From the NCBI GenBank assembly GCA_028284465.1, contig JANQRR010000023.1:1894-65893 (forward strand): a stretch of DNA of 64,000 bases, read 5' to 3'. The notes under the pieces were generated by a model, which worked only from the letters and a program-made list of their open reading frames with translations, had not been told where the DNA came from and did no database searches. Below, one piece after another: positions 60,683 through 64,000 of the stretch. Source of the DNA: Gammaproteobacteria bacterium. Its GTDB lineage: Bacteria; Pseudomonadota; Gammaproteobacteria; JAJFKO01. Position 1 is the stretch's first letter. Each line of letters starts with the position of its first letter. Both the position numbers and the translations under genes were made by a program.

Positions 60683-60706
60683 CGCACGTCAACTAATGGG
60701 ATAATC

Positions 60707-61141
60707 ATGAATGAAACCACAAAAGTTCTACAAGACTTAATCGAACAGTGGGAAAATGATCCACCACTATCTACACATCAAATTCCGCGTGGTCCTGTCA
60801 CTCTAGAAGAGATGGCAGAGTTTGCTTTTAATGGCGCGTTACATACCAACGACACCAAATTTAAAGTTTCATTTTATCAAGATGTTATTCGGAATCTTGC
60901 GCGAGCTATAGCCGTATATGAAAACGCTCTTGAACCAGAGCAGTACAGCACTGATCCTGAGATTAATGAATTTTTGAATAATACTGATGCTGATGAAGCT
61001 AAAGTTGCTGTTCGTCAAAGTCAAATGAAATATGCTGAAAAAGTTCCAGAACGCAATGAACATACAGAAGCAACTGATAAGCTCATGAAAGAATTGGATA
61101 AGCAAAGTATGCCACCATCAAAAAATTTAAGGAGGAAATAA
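60707..61141 (+). CDS. Hypothetical protein
   Basis: 144-aa ORF with an SD-like sequence. Confidence 0.55.
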   Translation: MNETTKVLQDLIEQWENDPPLSTHQIPRGPVTLEEMAEFAFNGALHTNDTKFKVSFYQDVIRNLARAIAVYENALEPEQYSTDPEINEFLNNTDADEAKVAVRQSQMKYAEKVPERNEHTEATDKLMKELDKQSMPPSKNLRRK

Positions 61142-61651
61142 TTGAATAGCAATTCTAATGTTGAAAAAAGATATTACGACAAAGAAAATAATGTTTACGT
61201 ATCGCTAGCTGAAATTCAATCTAATGCAGCAGCAGAAGAAACTGAAGTCGAAGATCTTGGTAAGCAAATTCTAAGTAATGTGCCTAAGTCTGATTTGATG
61301 GATAATGCTACAATCAATCCAGCACCAGGACGACCAACACCAGTTAATAACGCACCAAAAATTGTTTCTACGTCAAAACTTCCAGATTGGAAGTATGCAG
61401 AAAACGAAATGTTAAGGGATTTGCAGAATTACTTGGCAAGCACTTATGACGAGCATTACAACAAAAATGATGATGATATTCAATGTTTTGATGCTTGGAT
61501 TGCGTTGGGTGATTCTGGTCCAACCTTCAGAAACACAGCCCTTAAATACCTTTGGAGATATGGAAACAAGAATGGAAACAATAAAGACGACATCATGAAA
61601 GCACTCCACTACATGATGTTGATGCTCTATGTTGAGCATTATAAAAAATGA
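61142..61651 (+). CDS. DUF3310/nucleotide-kinase-like conserved phage protein
   Basis: YLASTYDEHY, IQCFD, ALKYLWRYGNKNG and DIMKALHY. Confidence 0.8.
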   Translation: MNSNSNVEKRYYDKENNVYVSLAEIQSNAAAEETEVEDLGKQILSNVPKSDLMDNATINPAPGRPTPVNNAPKIVSTSKLPDWKYAENEMLRDLQNYLASTYDEHYNKNDDDIQCFDAWIALGDSGPTFRNTALKYLWRYGNKNGNNKDDIMKALHYMMLMLYVEHYKK

Positions 61652-61660
61652 GGATAATAT

Positions 61661-62548
61661 ATGGGTTTTAAGCTTGAAGTTAATGTTGAGGAATTAGCAA
61701 AAAAACGAAAATTATTTATAGCAACGCCCATGTATGGTGGGCAATGTGCTGGTATGTATACGCGATCAATGATGGAACTATGTGTGCTATTAACGCGCAT
61801 GGGGATTGACCACCAGCCATATTTCCTATTCAATGAATCACTAATCACTCGTGCACGCAACTACTGTGTGGACGAATTTGTGCGTTCTGACTGTACACAC
61901 ATGTTGTTTATTGATAGTGATATTGGCTTTGCTGCTAACGATATTGTCGCAATCTTGGCTATGATGGAAGATGATAGTGACTATGATATCATGGGCGGAC
62001 CATACCCAAAGAAGTGCATTTCTTGGGAAAAAGTCAAGGCAGCAGTTGACAAAGGCTTTGCGGATGAAGATCCTAACGAGTTAGAGAAATTTGTTGGCGA
62101 TTTCGTGTTCAATCCAAAGGCTGGTGGTGAGCGCATTCCTATTGGTGAACCCGTAGAAGTTCTGGAAATTGGTACAGGTTTCATGATGATTCAGCGAAAA
62201 GTTTTCGAAACCATGAGTGACAAGTATCCAGAATTGCTATATAAGCCTGATCATGTTCGCACAGAACACTTTGATGGTTCTCGTGAGATCATGATGTACT
62301 TCCAAGCCGACATCGATCCTAAGTCAAAACGCTATCTGTCTGAAGATTATTGGTTTTGTCAGAAGGTTCAGGAAGCTGGACTTCGTACATGGCTTTGTCC
62401 ATGGATGAAAACCCACCATGTAGGTTCTTATATCTTTGGTGGTTCGTTGCCAGATTTGGCTGCTGTCGGTGTTGCCGCAACAGCTGATGCTGGTATTATT
62501 CAGGAAAACCGCGAGAAGAAACGTCGCAAAGAAAAGAGGACTAAGTAA
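61661..62548 (+). CDS. GT-A-fold glycosyltransferase-like conserved phage protein
   Basis: ATPMYGG, NESLITRARN, FIDSD (DxD), GTGFMMI and YLSEDYWFC. Confidence 0.8.
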   Translation: MGFKLEVNVEELAKKRKLFIATPMYGGQCAGMYTRSMMELCVLLTRMGIDHQPYFLFNESLITRARNYCVDEFVRSDCTHMLFIDSDIGFAANDIVAILAMMEDDSDYDIMGGPYPKKCISWEKVKAAVDKGFADEDPNELEKFVGDFVFNPKAGGERIPIGEPVEVLEIGTGFMMIQRKVFETMSDKYPELLYKPDHVRTEHFDGSREIMMYFQADIDPKSKRYLSEDYWFCQKVQEAGLRTWLCPWMKTHHVGSYIFGGSLPDLAAVGVAATADAGIIQENREKKRRKEKRTK

Positions 62549-62832
62549 TGGAAAATCAAGGTTTGTCTCTTGAAATGTCTGCTGCGGACAAAGAAGCTCA
62601 AATGGCTCAATTGATGGCCAAGCAAGTCAAGGATCTGCAACGGCAAGAATCCGAAGCAATGAAGAGTGATAGTGAGTTCATCATTGACAAAGTCACTGAT
62701 GCATTCATGGATAAATTCTCTTCTATGTATTCGCAAGCTGAAGGACACGAAGGGGTCGTTGAAGGGGAAGAAATGCGTGAAGTGGTGCGTAGCTGGTTTG
62801 ACTATGCACGCAATGCATACGTAGCCGACTAA
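62548..62832 (+). CDS. Hypothetical protein
   Basis: TAATG-coupled; followed by a terminator. Confidence 0.55.
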   Translation: MENQGLSLEMSAADKEAQMAQLMAKQVKDLQRQESEAMKSDSEFIIDKVTDAFMDKFSSMYSQAEGHEGVVEGEEMREVVRSWFDYARNAYVAD

Positions 62833-62849
62833 AGCGCCTGATAAGTGTT

Positions 62850-62875
62850 GGGAGCCTACGGGCTCCCTTTACTTT
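62850..62875 (+). terminator. Rho-independent terminator with cUACGg loop
   Basis: GGGAGCC-TACG-GGCTCCC-TTTACTTT. Confidence 0.85.
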
Positions 62876-63041
62876 GGAGATAAAATGATGCTAGATTTAG
62901 CAGTTTCTTATGAATGTGAAATTCGTAGTATCCCTGCCATTTACATTGAAAAACAAGGCGATAGGGAAATAAGCAGACGTGGTCATTTCAAGATCAAAGT
63001 TTGTCAGCGTACTAAGAATGTAACCATTGAAGCGAGATTGA

Positions 63042-63710
63042 ATGAAACTATCAAAAAACACAGTTGACATATTAAAGAATTTTCAGACAATCAATCCGTC
63101 CATCGTTCTTCGTGAAGGCGATGTTATCATGACGCAACGTAAAGACGTGATTGTCGCGAAAGCCAAGATTACTGAAAAAATCCCACGCACTGTGCCAATG
63201 GTTGATTTGAAAAAGTTTTTGGCTTTGTATTCTCTCGGTGGTGAAGATACCGAAGTTAAATTTAACGAAAAGTCTATGACTATTTCGCAGGGTGATTATA
63301 GCTCTTTGCTTGCGTATTCACCAGAAGCACTCATTGACAGCCCACCAGCCGGTAAGAGTCCTAGACTGAAGTCTAAGGATGTTCAGTTCACGCTCAAACA
63401 AGAAGTTTGGGATCGCGTGTCTGCTGCCATGAATATCATGAGCTTTAGCGAGTTTGCGTTCGTCGGTGACGGCAAATCTCTGTCTATCCAGGGATTGTCT
63501 ACACGCATCGAGAATGGCGGTTCTGACACGTATTCAGCGTCCATTGGCAAGACTGATCGTAATTTCCAGTGCATCATGAATTCAGCCAACATGCGCCTGA
63601 TACCAGCTGATTATGACGTAACAATTGATCATAACGGACTGGTACACTTCAAAGGTGAAGTTGCTGAGTATTGGATTATCATGTCAACCAAATCAAATTT
63701 CGATGCATGA
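63042..63710 (+). CDS. gp45: Sliding clamp gp45
   Basis: MKLSKNTVDILKNFQTINPSI, DLKKFL, and LIPADYDV..EYWI. Confidence 0.92.
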   Translation: MKLSKNTVDILKNFQTINPSIVLREGDVIMTQRKDVIVAKAKITEKIPRTVPMVDLKKFLALYSLGGEDTEVKFNEKSMTISQGDYSSLLAYSPEALIDSPPAGKSPRLKSKDVQFTLKQEVWDRVSAAMNIMSFSEFAFVGDGKSLSIQGLSTRIENGGSDTYSASIGKTDRNFQCIMNSANMRLIPADYDVTIDHNGLVHFKGEVAEYWIIMSTKSNFDA

Positions 63711-64000
63711 ACTAGCAAAGATCATTCAAGAAAAAGCACTCTATAAATCCAAGCAACCAATGTTTGGTAAAGATCCTGGTACTCGTTACACGTGGCAATT
63801 CTACATGGCCAACGTAACACAGGATGGATCTTTTATGCGACGTGTTTGTATTGAATGGGAAAATCTTTTATCCTTGAATAATATTGATCCCTATAAAGTT
63901 CAGTTTGCTGGAAAACATTGGGGATCATTACCAATTCTAGGTGCATTGGCATATCACTTCAATACCAACGTTTTTTCAGTGCGTGAGAAGCGTAAGACTT
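63703..64000 (+). CDS. Partial ORF, possibly orotate-PRTase-like (type I PRTase)
   Basis: Manual translation ...QFAGKHWGSLPILGAL...FSVREKRKT resembles the PyrE N-terminal half; runs off the window. Confidence 0.45.
   Translation, partial: MHELAKIIQEKALYKSKQPMFGKDPGTRYTWQFYMANVTQDGSFMRRVCIEWENLLSLNNIDPYKVQFAGKHWGSLPILGALAYHFNTNVFSVREKRKT

Overview
This window is from a large T4-like myovirus genome. The host is probably an alphaproteobacterium, inferred from a circularly permuted two-piece tmRNA with an ANDN...AA tag. From left to right it holds: a cluster of five radical-SAM enzymes with an ATP-grasp ligase, a DegT aminotransferase and a GNAT (0-8.3 kb); two holin-like genes; the neck/terminase/tail/head module gp13-gp23, interspersed with putative capsid-internal proteins; two giant acidic fibre proteins built on 21-aa repeats; gp3; a minus-strand RNA island; and uvsY, uvsW, gp55, gp47, gp46, peptide deformylase and gp45. 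The RNA island contains four free-standing tRNAs, a GOLLD-like giant RNA with an embedded tRNA-Ile(UAU)-like domain, a second unidentified ~560-nt structured RNA, a 6S-like rod and the tmRNA. The strongest unexplained signals are (i) about 40 hypervariable 49-75 aa micro-ORFs in about nine coupled arrays that share only a C-terminal (I/V)xxxLxxEF motif, which also supplies the next gene's RBS, and (ii) the ncRNA island. All calls are by motif recognition and manual base-pairing; no database searches were run.
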